Assembly: GCF_018977255.1 (NCBI RefSeq)
Contig: NW_024704742.1
Span: forward strand, 110,610,001-110,674,000
Length of the DNA: 64,000 nucleotides
Reading direction: 5' to 3'
Source of the DNA: Callorhinchus milii
Taxonomy: Eukaryota
Shown: one piece after another, positions 26,836-38,949 of the stretch
Layout: every line of letters starts with the position of its first letter
How positions within the stretch are numbered: the first letter of the stretch is position 1
Made by a program: the position numbers and the translations under genes
The notes under the pieces: generated by a model
The model's database searches: none
Told to the model about the DNA's origin: nothing
What the model saw: only the letters and a program-made list of their open reading frames with translations

Positions 26836-29800
26836 ATAAGACCATAGGAACCGGGGTAGGCCATTCAGCCCTTTGAGCGTTTTCCAACATTTAATTAGAT
26901 CATGGCTGATCTGTATCTCAACTAATCCTTTCAATTCCAATTTCAACAACAACAACAACAAAATTGCATTTATAGAGCGTCTTTCATGTCGGGAGGATGT
27001 TCCAAGGTGCTGACTTTCCTGCCTGCTCCCCGTATCCCTTTTTACTCCTCTTATTACTTTCTTTATATCCCTTGTTGTCTTTGTAGTTCTCCCAGTCCTC
27101 TGCATTCCATTTTTTTCTTGCATTTGCGTAAGCCTTTTCTTTTAGCTTGATACAGTCTCTAACCTCTTTTGTCCACCATGGTTGCTTAACTACATGATTG
27201 GGCCTTTTGCATTTTAGGTGTATGTACTTGTTCTGTATTGTATCAAATACTTTGAATACTTCCCAGTGCTACTGTCTTTACCTTAGAAGAAACTGAAAAC
27301 CTACCAAGAATAGAGGAGAACCAAAGAAGACAATGTTAGCGAGCAACTTGGGGAAATTAATATTCGTAAAGAAATGGTTTTAGGTAAATTGTCAGGTCTT
27401 AAAACTGATAAATCCCCTGGACCTGATGGCCTACATCCTAGGGTTTTAAAAGAGGTTGCTACTGAGATAGTGGATGGCTTGTCTTTCATCTTCCAAAATT
27501 CTGTGGATTCTGGAACGGATCCCATTGATTGGAAGATTGCAAACATAACACTAATATATAAGAAAGGTGGGAGAGAAAAGATGGGGAACTATAGACCAGT
27601 TAGTCTGACATCAGTGGTAGGGAAAGTTCTTGAGTCCTTAATTAAGAATGTCGTTATGGGATTCCTGGAAGACCATAACAAGATTAGGCAGAGTCAACAT
27701 GGCTTTACAAAAGGGAAGTCATGCTTAACTAATCTTTTAGAGTTTTTTGAAGATGTATCTAGCCGGTTAGATAGGGGGAAACCAGTAGATGTAGTGTATT
27801 TAGATTTTAAGAAGGCATTTGACAAAGTGCCACACAAAAGGCTATTGCACAAGGTTAAGGCCTACGGGATTAATGGGAACATATTAGCATGGATTGAAGA
27901 GTGGCTAACAGGTACAAAACAGAGAGTAGGGATAAACAGGTCATTCTCGAATTGGCAGGTTGTGACTAGTGGAGTGCCACAAGGATCAGTGCTTGATGAG
28001 GACATTGAATGTAACGTATCTAAATTCGCGGATGACACTAAACTAGGTGGAAGAGTAAGCTCTGAGGATGATGCAAAAAGATTGCAATGGGATACAGATA
28101 GGCTAGGGGAGTGGCCGAGTAGGTGGCAGATGGAATTTAATGTGGGGAAGTGTGAAGTTATTCACCTAGGTAAAAAAAATAGAAAAACAGATTATTTTCT
28201 AGAGGGGGAGAAATTAGATAGTGTTAGTGTTCAGAGGGATTTGGGTGTCCTTGTACACTAGTCTCAAAAAGTTAGTTTACAGGGTGAGCAAGCAATTAAG
28301 AAGGCAAACGGCATGTTAGCGTTCATTGGAAAAGGTTTAGAGAACAAGAGTAGGGAAGTCTTGCTGCAACTGTATAGGGCCTTGGTGAGACCGCACCTAG
28401 AGTATCGTGTGCAGTTTTGGTCTCCTTATTTAAAAAAGGACATACTTGCCTGAGAGGGGGTTGCAGCGTAGATTCACTAGGTTAGTTCCTGGGATGAGGG
28501 GACTGACCTATGAGGATAGGCTGAATAAACTAGGGCTGTATTCTCTAGAGTACAGAAGAATTAGGGGAGATCTTATTGAAACATATACGATTCTTAAAGG
28601 GGCTGGATAAAGTAGACACTGAGGCACTGTTTCCCCTGGTAGGAGAATCTATAACCAGCCTTAAAATTAAGGGTCAGCCTTTTAGAACAGAGTTGAGGAA
28701 ACATTTCTTCACTCAGAGGGTAGTGAATTTATGGAATTCACTACCCCAGAAGGCTGTAGATGCTCAGTCCTTGAACATTTTCAAGGCTGAGACTGATAGA
28801 TTTTTTTTAAAATAGAGGGATTAGGGGATATGGGGATAGGGCAGGTAATTAGAGTTAGGTCAGAAGAATGGCAGGGCAGGCCTGAGGGGCCGAATGGCCT
28901 TCTCCTGCTCCTAATTCTTATGTTCTTATGTTCATCTGCAGGTTACCCACTAACAGTTCAGCCCAGTTTACTGTGATAAATATATTTCTCATCCCATCAA
29001 AGTTTGCCTTACTTAAATTTATCACCTTGGTTTGGATCTCTCCCTTTGCCCTCTCAAATCTAATGCAAATTCAATCATATTATGATCACAATGTGCAAGA
29101 TATTCCCTTACTGTCAGATTGTTAACTAGTTCTGGCTACCCATCACCAAATCCAGTATGGCGTGTTCCCTTATTGGTTCTAAAACATATTGTTCCAAAAA
29201 ACTGTCCTGAATACATTCTAGAAATGTGTTGCCTTACCTACCCTGAGGTGCCCTGCTTTTTCCAGTCTATGTGAAAATTAAAATCTCCCATTATAACCAC
29301 ATCGGTTTTGCTACATGCTTCTCTGATCTCTGTATTTATACATTTGTCCACTACATTGCAACTCTGTGGAGGTCTATAGACTACTCCTAACAGATTCTTA
29401 CCTCCTTTACTGTTACTTAATTCTACCCATGGTGTTTCCACTACCCGCCCTTACTGAAATCTTTCCTTTCCACTGCTGAAATAGTGTCTTTTATCAATAT
29501 TGCTACTCCTCCTCCTTTCCCAATGTCCCTGTCTTTTCTAAACATCTTATAGCCTGGAATATTTAGCTCCTCCTTCTGCCCAGCTTGTAACCAGGTCTCT
29601 GTAATGGCTGCTACATCATAACCTTTAAATTGAATTTGTGCTTCCAACTCACTTGTTTTATCTCTTATGCTACATGCATTTGTATACTTAACTCTTATTT
29701 GGATAACTGTCCCCAACATACCTATATGCCCTGACGATGTTCTTCTCACACTTTTTGACTTGTTACAACTTTTGTGATAATTTCCTATTAGCTTTATCTG

Positions 29801-30780
29801 TCCTGTATTATTTATATTTTCTTGATCACTCTTGTATTCTGACCATTGCTCTCATCTTATCCTTGCCTTATGTTTTGGTTATTGTTTCCACCCGATCCTC
29901 CCCACACCCCCTTACTGGTTTAAAGCTTCTTCATCCCATCCCAGCAGTACAGCTCATTCCTGTTCCAGTACTGGTGCCAGTATACCATGAAATGGAAACC
30001 CTCTTCTCACACCACACTTTCAGCCACACATTCATTTCACTGATCTGTTAATCTCTATGCCAATTTGCACATGGCTCGGGTAACAATCCAGAGGTTACCA
30101 CCTTCGAGGTCCTGCTTTTTAAATTTAGCCCCTAGCTCTTAGCAGGACCTCCTTCTTGCTCTTTCCTATGTCATTGGTTCCAGCATGGATAATGACAACT
30201 GTTTCTTTCCCCTCTCTTTCCAAGTTCCTTTCCAGCTGCTTTGAAATATCCCTTACCCTGGCACCGGGAAGGCAACACACTCTCCTGGACTCTCGATCTC
30301 GACTGCAGAGGATGTCCTCGATCCCCTTAATTATTTCATCCCCTATAACTACAGCATTTCTATTCTGCTCCTCCCCCACTTGCACTGCATTCTGCTATGT
30401 GGTGCTTTGGTTTGCATTCAGGCCTCGTTCCCCACAGACTTCTCCCTTTTCCAATGTAGCAAGTACACTGTACCTTTTGGGCAGGACCAGTGTCTCCTTC
30501 TCTGCCTCTACTAAGTAAATGCTACTCTGCTGGCTTTCAGTCTCATACTCCTCTTCCTGTACCTCTCTATGTGGCGTGGCTACGTTCTAAAGTAAACAGT
30601 CCAAATATTCCTCCCCCTCCCTTATGCATCAGAGTGTCTCTAATGTGCACGCCAGGTCAAAAAACTGAGCCAGAGTGATTCAAGACACGTGCACTTCTCA
30701 CAGATATGACCATAAAGGAAAGCCTTACTCACAAATTCACACATACTGCAGCTTTGACACACCATCTGTGTTGCCATTAT
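26836..30780 (-). mobile_element. CR1 LINE retaining ORF1 (zinc finger plus SGNH esterase), the APE endonuclease, part of the linker and the 3' end, but lacking RT
   Basis: ORF1 starts MATQMVCQSCSMC...HICEKC (ATG 30777). Esterase blocks VVIGDEI, CLPGARVRD, IHAGTND; endonuclease TNACS, ITETWL, GVVYRPP, MGDFN; linker QPWWTKEV at ~27170; CR1 3' end at 26836-26943. Confidence 0.9.
27269..28930 (+). mobile_element. CR1 LINE, 5'-truncated, RT domain to 3' tail, nested in an antisense CR1
   Basis: 295-aa ORF with [53 protein letters not shown]-terminal FFTQRVVNLWNSLP; (TTCTTATG)n tail. Confidence 0.96.
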
Positions 30781-30965
30781 CCCTTTCTAGCTTCTACTCC
30801 ACTTAACGTTTAGGATTATTTATATATATGTTTAAATTTACAAAGTTTTAACTTTGCCTTTTATTTGTTTTTAGTTATTTTCCCTTAATCTATTTTACTG
30901 TTAACAATTTCAGGATAAATAGGTAAACAAGTAATTTTGCATCATTTGTCCCTCACTCACACTCC

Positions 30966-31368
30966 GTAATCGATTTCAAGATCCTCACCCTCGTATTCAA
31001 GTCCCTGCACTCCTCTGCCTCCCGCTACCTCTCTGACCTCCTCTCTCCTCAGCACAGTACCCGTTGCCTTCATTCCTCCGGGTATGGCTTCCTCCTTGTC
31101 CCCCGAGTCCTCCGCTCCACCCTCGGCGGCCATGCCTTCAACCACTATGCCCTAAGGCTCTGGAACTCCTTTCCTCACTCCCTTCATCTTGATCCCTCTC
31201 TTCCCATTTTCAGGTCTCTGCTGAAGACCTTTCTTTTCGACCGTGCCTTTGGTCATCTTCCAACCCTTCCCCCTGGCTCGGTCCCGGGGTCCATTACTCT
31301 AAAGCGCTCTGAGACGCCGTCCGGCGTGGAGGGCGCTATATAAATCCAAGTTGTTGTTGTTGTTGTTG
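30966..31368 (+). mobile_element. L2 LINE 3' fragment (same subfamily as 19563-20258)
   Basis: Close to the reverse complement of 19570-19950; ends in ...ATCCAAG(TTG)n. Confidence 0.92.
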
Positions 31369-32351
31369 TAATACTCAGCACCTACTTCCTCAGGAATGTT
31401 ACCATTGGCCTAGGCACTTCGGTGTCTAGACCAACTGAAACTCACGTCTTCCCAGTGGAAACCAATTCGATAACAACTTTCAAGAGAGAAGTAGATAAAT
31501 ATTTGGGGAGGACACGGCTATGGGGAATGGGATTGATTAAGGTAGCTCTTTTCAAAGAGCCAGCACAGCCATGATGGACTAAATGGCCTCCTTCTGTGCT
31601 GTAAAATTCTATGATTCTATACCTGACTTCACTCTCAAGGTGAGGTTAGCGAAATAAATAAGCAGATAGACTGAGAAAATAACTAATGGAGGAAACTCAA
31701 TAGGTTGGCATTTTATTCTATGAGTGTAGGAATGGGTTGTGTGTCAGATAAACATCAAACCCAATAACTCCAAGTTCAGCCTCCAATTTATAATGCCAAA
31801 CAAGTATGACTTTTGTGTAATAATGTTAAAAATCAAGATAGTGCTTCGAGCAGTATGTGTGCAGTGTTAGCCCCCGTGGCAGTTGTTTTAAGTTGTGTTG
31901 AGCAGAGTGGTACATAATAGTATTACAGAGTGCTTAGGGCCAGCTGTCTTTGCAGAATTCCTAATGTCATCAGTTGCCTTTTCGCTGTCAAACAATGTGC
32001 AGTGATGGAGTGAGTGGGAGTTCTGGTTATCAGTATGTGACCTTGATAGCGAGGTTTATTTTTTTCTATTTTATTTAGGTTGCGTTTGACACGTTCGTTG
32101 TAATAATCCTTTCATTTAATACAGTGTCTTACCAAGTCAAAATATCTCCTTCACAGAGTTTCCTGTAAAATGTAGTGACTGTTTTTGTAAACAAACCTGG
32201 GTGGTACACATGTCCAGTACTTCAGCTATGTAGCACCAGCAAATAATTTGTTTTGGTGAACAACATGGAACATCTAACATTATAATTATAACTCAACAAA
32301 ACAAATCAGAGTCAAAAATAATAAACCTTCAATGTGATGTAGCCCCCTACA

Positions 32352-32669
32352 GGAGTCCTGTAGCTCGGTGGTTAGAGCACTCGCTTTGCAAGTGAGAGAC
32401 CTGAGTTCAATTCCAGGCAGGGCGAAACCTTGGGCAAGTTTCCTTACTCCACACACCTAATAATAATTCCTCCAAAAACAATAATTAAATTGGTCATTTT
32501 CAATCTACGATTGTTTGTGGGACATTGCTGTGCGCAATTGGCTGCCGCGTTCGCCCACAAATATACAGTCAATTCACTTTAAAGTATGTTCTGTGAAGCG
32601 CTTTGGGACGTCCTCCCGACGTGAAAAGCGCTATATCAAATGCAAGGATTATTATTATTATTATTATTA
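32352..32669 (+). mobile_element. Young tRNA(Ala)-derived SINE, full length (short form)
   Basis: Same structure as 13551-13868; anticodon-like loop TT-TGC-AA. Confidence 0.93.
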
Positions 32670-34529
32670 CACCCTTTACAAGGATGGGTCAGGCATCAAG
32701 CAAGGGAGAAAAGAGGAGGGAAGAAGTCGACATAGTTCAGGGAGTGGGTTGCATCTTGTTGCTCTTAACAATAAGACGTGTTTTAGTCTGCACTGCAATA
32801 AGTTCCTAATGGTACAAGCTATCGAAGATTTGTGTTTCAATTGTAGCAAGGCAACCAGATGTGGAGAGAGAGAATAACTGAGACACATGAAGACACCTGT
32901 TCACCATGGACTGGCCCTGCTCCAGTTTGCTAGTCATCTTTTCTACCTAAAGTAGCACGTAAAACATTGTTTATGAGATGGGAAACAGTGTTAGGCCAAT
33001 GAAACAGTTTCAACATGTCACTGCACAGTACATGACATGAATATTATTGTATAGGTTTCTCGAAGTTCAATGTTAGTTCAAATGCATATAATCAAACAGA
33101 TGTGTTGGTGAATCCAAATCAAGGGGTGCAAATATAGGATAGCTGGTAGGAGATCTAAAAGATTGTTTAGGAGAATTTTTTTTACACATAGATGATAGTG
33201 AGAATTTGGAGCGGTAGTTGAAGCAAAAAGCATCAATATATTTGAGGAAATTTTATGTTTACATAATGAAGAAGGGAATAGAAGGGTATAAGAGAGGGTG
33301 GTAGGAGGGGTGGAGGCTTTTGTGGAATAGAAACATTGGCATTGGAAGATTAAAACTGACAAGGTGACGAGACAGAAGGTCCAGAAAGAGCACTTTCTAA
33401 ATATCCAACAAAGACCTGCTACTTCAACACTATCATCTCCATAAACTGCAGAGGAGTTAAATAAGGCCCTCATGGCCACAAAAAGTGGAAAAGTTGCAAG
33501 TACAGTATTTATTCTGAATTCTTCAGCAATTTCTAATAATATAAGAAGAATTTGGGACCAAAGGGGCAATAATGTTCTAGAGTGGTTCTATGTTCTAGAA
33601 TGGTTCAGGGATCTGTACTGGCTTCTTCACTATTCAACATCTACAGTAGTAACTTACCCGATACAATTTTACTTGACATCGCCCTTGTGGTACAAGACAA
33701 AGACCTCACCACTATCGGTGAGACCCTCTCTATCGACCTGAAGATAAGGGCGTAATAATTCCAATACTGGAAAACCCACGCCAATGCCTCCAAAACCTTA
33801 ATAACAGCCTTGCACCTGAACAACAAAAGCTGTCAAGCAACACCTTCATATCTTTTGCAGTAAAGACTCAGACATAAACCCTAATTGAGGTCCTTGGGTG
33901 CAATGTAACCTTGGACAGAAACTTGACTTTTAAAGCTCATCTGGAAAAGACAAGTGAAAAGGAAAAGCAAAGCCTAGCCTTGTCTGAAAACTCGTTGGCA
34001 CAGCATGGGGTGTCAATGTAAACAGACACAGAACAGCGGCTCTAGCACTGGTATACTCGACCGCTGATTTTTGTGCACTATTCTGGGTGGGCAGTTCACA
34101 CACCAAATCTCTAGATGCGTAGCTTAATGCAAACTGGTAAATTAAAATAAAATCAGTAGTTGCCCACTCTGGTATATATATTCCCACCCATAATTCAGAG
34201 AAATACACATACAGCTTGTGAGTACAGTTCAATGATGGCAAACCTCAACTTGACAATTCATGAGGATTTCCAGAACCTTCCGAAGATACACCTGAAATTC
34301 TGATCGGGCCTTTTTTGAGATCAGGCTCATGTTCCTTAATCATCCTCATTCAAACCTGAGGCACACTGGAGTGATTTCTGGGATAATGCTAATATCCCAA
34401 ACAAACATCTGATTGCCGAACTCACAAAAAAAGTTCAGGCTTCAATCTAGCCCATAAACAACAACAACAACTTGCATTTATATAGCGCCCTTCACACGAG
34501 GTAGCATCCCAGAGTGCTTAAATAATCGA

Positions 34530-34650
34530 CAAAACGCAAAATACTGCAGATGCTGGAAATCTGAAAAAACTGAAGTCACTAGAAACACTCAGCAGGTCAA
34601 ATCTGCTGCCTGACCTGCTGAGTGTTCCCAGCAACTTCTGTTTTTGTTTC
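34530..34650. repeat. Penelope-type inverted-repeat (fold-back) fragment
   Basis: Perfect 16-bp inverted repeat AACACTCAGCAGGTCA (34584-34599) / TGACCTGCTGAGTGTT (34611-34626) with imperfect outer arms. Confidence 0.75.
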
Positions 34651-34693
34651 GCTTAAACAATGGTCTACATGGCAGATATGGTCATTTTGGAGT

Positions 34694-35090
34694 GGAGTCC
34701 TGTAGCTCAGTGGTTAGAGCATTAGCTTTGCAAGAGAGAGACCTGGGTTCGATTCCCTGCAGGGTGTAACCTTGGGCAAGTTTCCTTGCTCCACACGCCT
34801 GATAATAATCCCTCAAGAAAAAAAAACAATAATAAATTGGTCGCTTCAATCCACGACTGTTTGTGTAACACTGCTGTGTGCAATTGGCTGCTACATTTCG
34901 TCCACAACTATAGTCAATTCACTTTACAGTCTATTCTGTGAAGCGCTTTGAGACGTCTAGAAGACGTAAAAAGCTCTATATCAAATGCAAGGATTATTAT
35001 TATTCTGTGAAGCACTTTGAGACGTCTAGAAGATGTGAAAAGCGCTATATCAAATTCAAGGATTATTATTATTAATATTATTATTATTAT
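34694..35090 (+). mobile_element. Young SINE, full length, with a tandemly duplicated 3' tail
   Basis: The tail TATTCTGTGAAGC...CAAGGATTATT occurs twice (~34932-35002 and ~35001-35070). Confidence 0.92.
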
Positions 35091-35559
35091 TTTGTACTCC
35101 TCTGGAAGGTGGGAGACAATGCACAATGTGACTGCAGATACCAAAGTACCTGGGTTGATCTTTTGTCAGCGACGTCTCAGATTTACACTTAACCACTTAC
35201 AAAGCTACCTCCTAACTCACTAATCTGGACTTGGCTATTTGAACGCTGCTAATCACTTCTCTTACCATGCGAAAGTCATAGTACTGACACAGACTAGTTG
35301 GTGTGAATGGCCTGTTTCTGTGCCATATCATTCTATATAGTCTATGAAACGTTTAGGAATCTTTTATTTTGATACAAAAGGTGAGAGGCTGGGATTAAAA
35401 TGTTTGCTGTCAGCTAATAAAATAGCTACAACAACAACAGGCTCAACAGCTTATCAGGCTCAATGAGCTTAATATTTCTCATGTTCCTATATTCCTAACC
35501 TCCCTCTACTATGCCCAACAATGTACCTTTCTTAGTGGTTAAGGATAATTTAAAGGCAG

Positions 35560-35720
35560 TTTTGTGTTGTGAGGCTAATCTCATTCGAGCTGAAATGAAA
35601 GTTCCCAAACTCATTTCACATGAGACCCTCTCAGACAACTGTCAGAAGATCACATCAATCTAGACTGGATTTTAACTTAGAGGTGAAACAAGTACTTAAT
35701 GTACTAGGCCAGCATCAAAC
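35560..35720 (-). mobile_element. LF-SINE-like ancient SINE fragment
   Basis: Minus strand has TTTCACCTCTA...AATCCAG...TCTGACAGTTGT...ATGTGAAATGAGTT, collinear with the LF-SINE 5' half as recalled. Confidence 0.5.
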
Positions 35721-36332
35721 CAATTTATCTGCAAAAAAAGTAAAATAATGATCAATAAAATGTCAGATGAGAGTAAGATTATCTTCTTTGCACACACAGC
35801 AGTAAATAACAGACAAAACTTTCACACAGCCACCCTCAGTGAGCAACATAGACTATTGAATGGAAAGTTAAGTGATTTTACCTCTTTTTCATTTAATTCA
35901 ACTTAGAAAAGTACAGGGAACCTTAATATAGCACAGTTGGCTGGGTCCAATGTCAGTGATGGTGTTAAAAGGAACGCGAATACTGCAGTTCTTATGTTCC
36001 TACATTCCTAACCTCCCTTTTCAATGCCCAACAATGTACCACACAAAGTGATTAACAATGTATTAAGGACAGTTTTGTGCTGTGAGTCTAATCTCATTGG
36101 ATGAAAGTCCCAAACTCATTTCACATAGGACCTTCAAGGCCAACAAACAAAGGATCACATCAAAAAAAAGGAAACCAAATTGACATAAGAATATGCTTCA
36201 TGAATATATTTTGCATGTGTATCGAGCACAGTGATGTTTCCTGTATATAGCACACCACACGCAGAAAGTGATGTCAATAGTGATCTGATGACCTGAACAT
36301 TATTCACATTTTGGTGCTGGAAGCCAGCTAGT

Positions 36333-38767
36333 CAACAACAACAACAACAACAAGATTACATTTGTATAGTGCCTTTCATGTCGGGAGGACGTCCCAAGGC
36401 GCTGAAAAGAGTCCAGCATTTCAGACCCGAGTTGGGGTTGGGTGGGGGGGAAGGGAGGGGAGGGGAAGAGGGGTGGCCGATGGCATGGTTTTGAGGCGGG
36501 ACTTGAAGGAGGCTAAGGAGGGGGTGAGGCGGAGAGACTGGGTGATGGAATTCCAGAGGTTGGGGGCAGAGTGGCTGAAGGCTCTCCCGCCAATGGTGGG
36601 GCGGGTGGGTCAAGGGACGTGGAGCAGGCCGGAGCCGGCTGAGCGGAGGGAGTGGGCAGGTTGATAGGGGTTTAGGAGGTCACAGAGATAGGGTGGGGTG
36701 AAGCCATGGAGGGCTTTGTAGGTGACGACCAGGATCTTGAACTGGATCCTCTGAAGGACAGGGAGCCAATGGAGTCGGGTGAGATTGGGTCACTGAGTTT
36801 GGTGTGGGAGAGGACACGGGCTGCAGAGTTCTGGATTATCTGCAGCCTGTGGAGGGAGGAGTTGGGAAGGCCGACAAGCAGGGCATTTGCATAGTCGAGT
36901 CTGGAGGTGATGAAGACACGAACAGGAGTTTCAGCGGCCTGAGGGGTGAGGTAGTGGCAGAGTCGGGTGATGTTACGGAGGTGAGGGAAGGCAGGTTCTT
37001 GTGCCTTAACTATAAAATGGTACTCTCTCAAAGGTACTCCTCTATGTGCCTATCTTAAGTTTAAGATACATTACAAACCACATTCAACTCAAATTTCCTT
37101 CCATGTAATGTTTGGAAACATCAATTAGAAAACATAAACCAATATAGTGAATATTTTTTGGTCAACTGAGTGTCTGTTGAAAACCCATCACAATGCTTGA
37201 GTTATTATGTTATTTGTAGTATTAAAAACAAATTATTAATTATAATAATTATAATAAACAACATATTTCACCTTTTATATTGTTCAAAAAAAATCTACTA
37301 TCTGTAACATCAAAGCAAACGCTCTATTGACAAAATGTCTTATGAAAGTATGACTTACTGTAACACTCATGAAAGCTTACATCAACTCAATCATGCAAGC
37401 TGAGCCATTTTATGACCCATTTACTCCTAAATTGCAGTCCCTAAATATCCACTGGTTGTTAAGTTAGGTAGGCTGTTTCCATTGGTTAGGGAGTCTGTAA
37501 CCAGGGTACACATATATAAGATAGTGATTATGAATTTAACGGAGAATTTAGGAGGAACTGCTTCAGACAGAGTGTAGTGAGATTGTGAAACTCGCTGCCT
37601 GAAGCAGTGGTTGAATTAAATAGTGTAGATGCATTCAAGTGGAAGCTTCACAAGAGGGAGAAGGGAATAGAAGGAAATGAGAGGCAACAACAACAACAAG
37701 ATTACATTTGTATAACGCCTTTCATGCCGGGGGGACCAAGGCGCTGGAAAGCGTACAGCATTTCAGACCCGAGCGGGGGTCGGGGCGGGGGGAGAGCGAG
37801 GGGAAGGGGGGTGGCCGATGGCATGGTTGAAGAGGAAGGTCTTGAGGCGGGACTTGAAGGAGGCTAAGGAGGGGGTGAGGTGGAGTGACTGGGGGATGGA
37901 ATTTCAGAGGTTGGGGGCAGAATGGCTGAAGGCTCTCCCGCCAATGCTGGGGCGGGCGGATCAGGGGACATGGAGCAGGCCAGAGCCGACTGAGTGGAGG
38001 GAACTGGCGGGTTGGTAGGGGGTTAGGAGGTCGCAGAGGTAGGGTGGGGCGAGGACATGGAGGGCTTTGTATGTGAGGACCAGGATCTTGAACTGGAGAA
38101 TCTGAAGAATAGGGAGCCAATGGAGTCGGGCGAGAATGGGGGAGATGGGATCACAGAGTTTGGTGCGGGAGAGGACACGAGCTGCAGAGTTCTGGATTAT
38201 CTGCAGCCTGTGGAGGGAGGAGTTGGGAAGGCCGACAAGCAGGGCGTTTGCATAGTCGAGCCTGGAGGTGATGAAAGCATGAACAAGAGTTTCAGCGGCC
38301 TGAGGGGTGAGGTAGTGGCAGAGTCGGGTGATGTTACGAGGTGAGGGAAGGCAGAGCGGGTCATGGCTTGAATGTGGGGGAGAAAAGACAGTTGAGGGTC
38401 AAACAAGACACCGAGGTTCCTGACTGGCGGTGAGTTACAGTGTGCAACCATGGAGGTTGATGCTGTCAGAGCCTGAGGTGCTGAGGTGCTGGTGTGAGCC
38501 AATCAGGAGGTCTCAGTCTTGTTCACATTCAACTGTAGGGAATTTGCCCTCATCCAGGACTTGATGTCTGACAGGCAGTCCATCAGGACAGCAGTGGTCC
38601 TGGAGTTGAGGATAGAGGCAGAAAGATAGAATTGGGTGTCATCGCATACATATGGAAGTTGACCCCATGTCTGCGGATGATGTCACCAAGGGAGAGTATG
38701 GGGCCAAGGACAGAGCCCTGGGGGACGCCAGATGTGACAGTGCGGGGGCTGAAGGAGAAACCGTTAG
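36333..38767 (-). mobile_element. L2 LINE fragment interrupted by a 1.32-kb copied segment (36994-38314)
   Basis: L2 tail at 36333, L2 ORF2 to 36994, then a copy of 6063-7385, then L2 ORF2 continues to 38767 (through the YADD/QGSVLGP region). Confidence 0.92.
36994..38314 (+). repeat. Inserted copy of 6063-7385
   Basis: Starts GGTTCTTGTGCCTTAACTATAAAATGG as at 6063 and matches through ...GAGGGGTGAGGTA. Confidence 0.95.
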
Positions 38768-38949
38768 TCAGTGTAGAGAAGTCAGATGTAACAAGCTTCC
38801 CATTAGTGTTAGTTCACAGTAATCCCATGGTATAATCGAGTCAGCGTAATAGTGAAAGATGCCATTACAAATTCCCCATGTGCATAATGGAGGAAAATTA
38901 ATACATAAGAACATACATACAGGAATATTCAACCTGTCATGTTATTTAG

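Larger units (their letters stand above)
33350..35245 (+). mobile_element. Decayed Ingi/Vingi-like (I-group) non-LTR retrotransposon, interrupted by later insertions at ~34457-35090
   Basis: Remnant peptides EELNKALMATKSGK, QGSVLA..LFNIY, VTLDRNLTFKAHL, KLVGTAWG...RTAALALVYSTADFCALFW..SSHT..LD..LN and a C-terminal QCDC; many stops, frameshifts and deletions. Confidence 0.7.

Noticed and set aside
27374..28261. Longest ORF (295 aa) as a functional reverse transcriptase gene
   Set aside because: 5'-truncated CR1 with an internal deletion after QGSVL and downstream stops and frameshifts.
32352..32425. tRNA-Ala(TGC)-like sequence (also 13551, 34694, 53831, 57653)
   Set aside because: These are SINE heads: acceptor and T stems are imperfect and each runs into the SINE body and (ATT)n tail.
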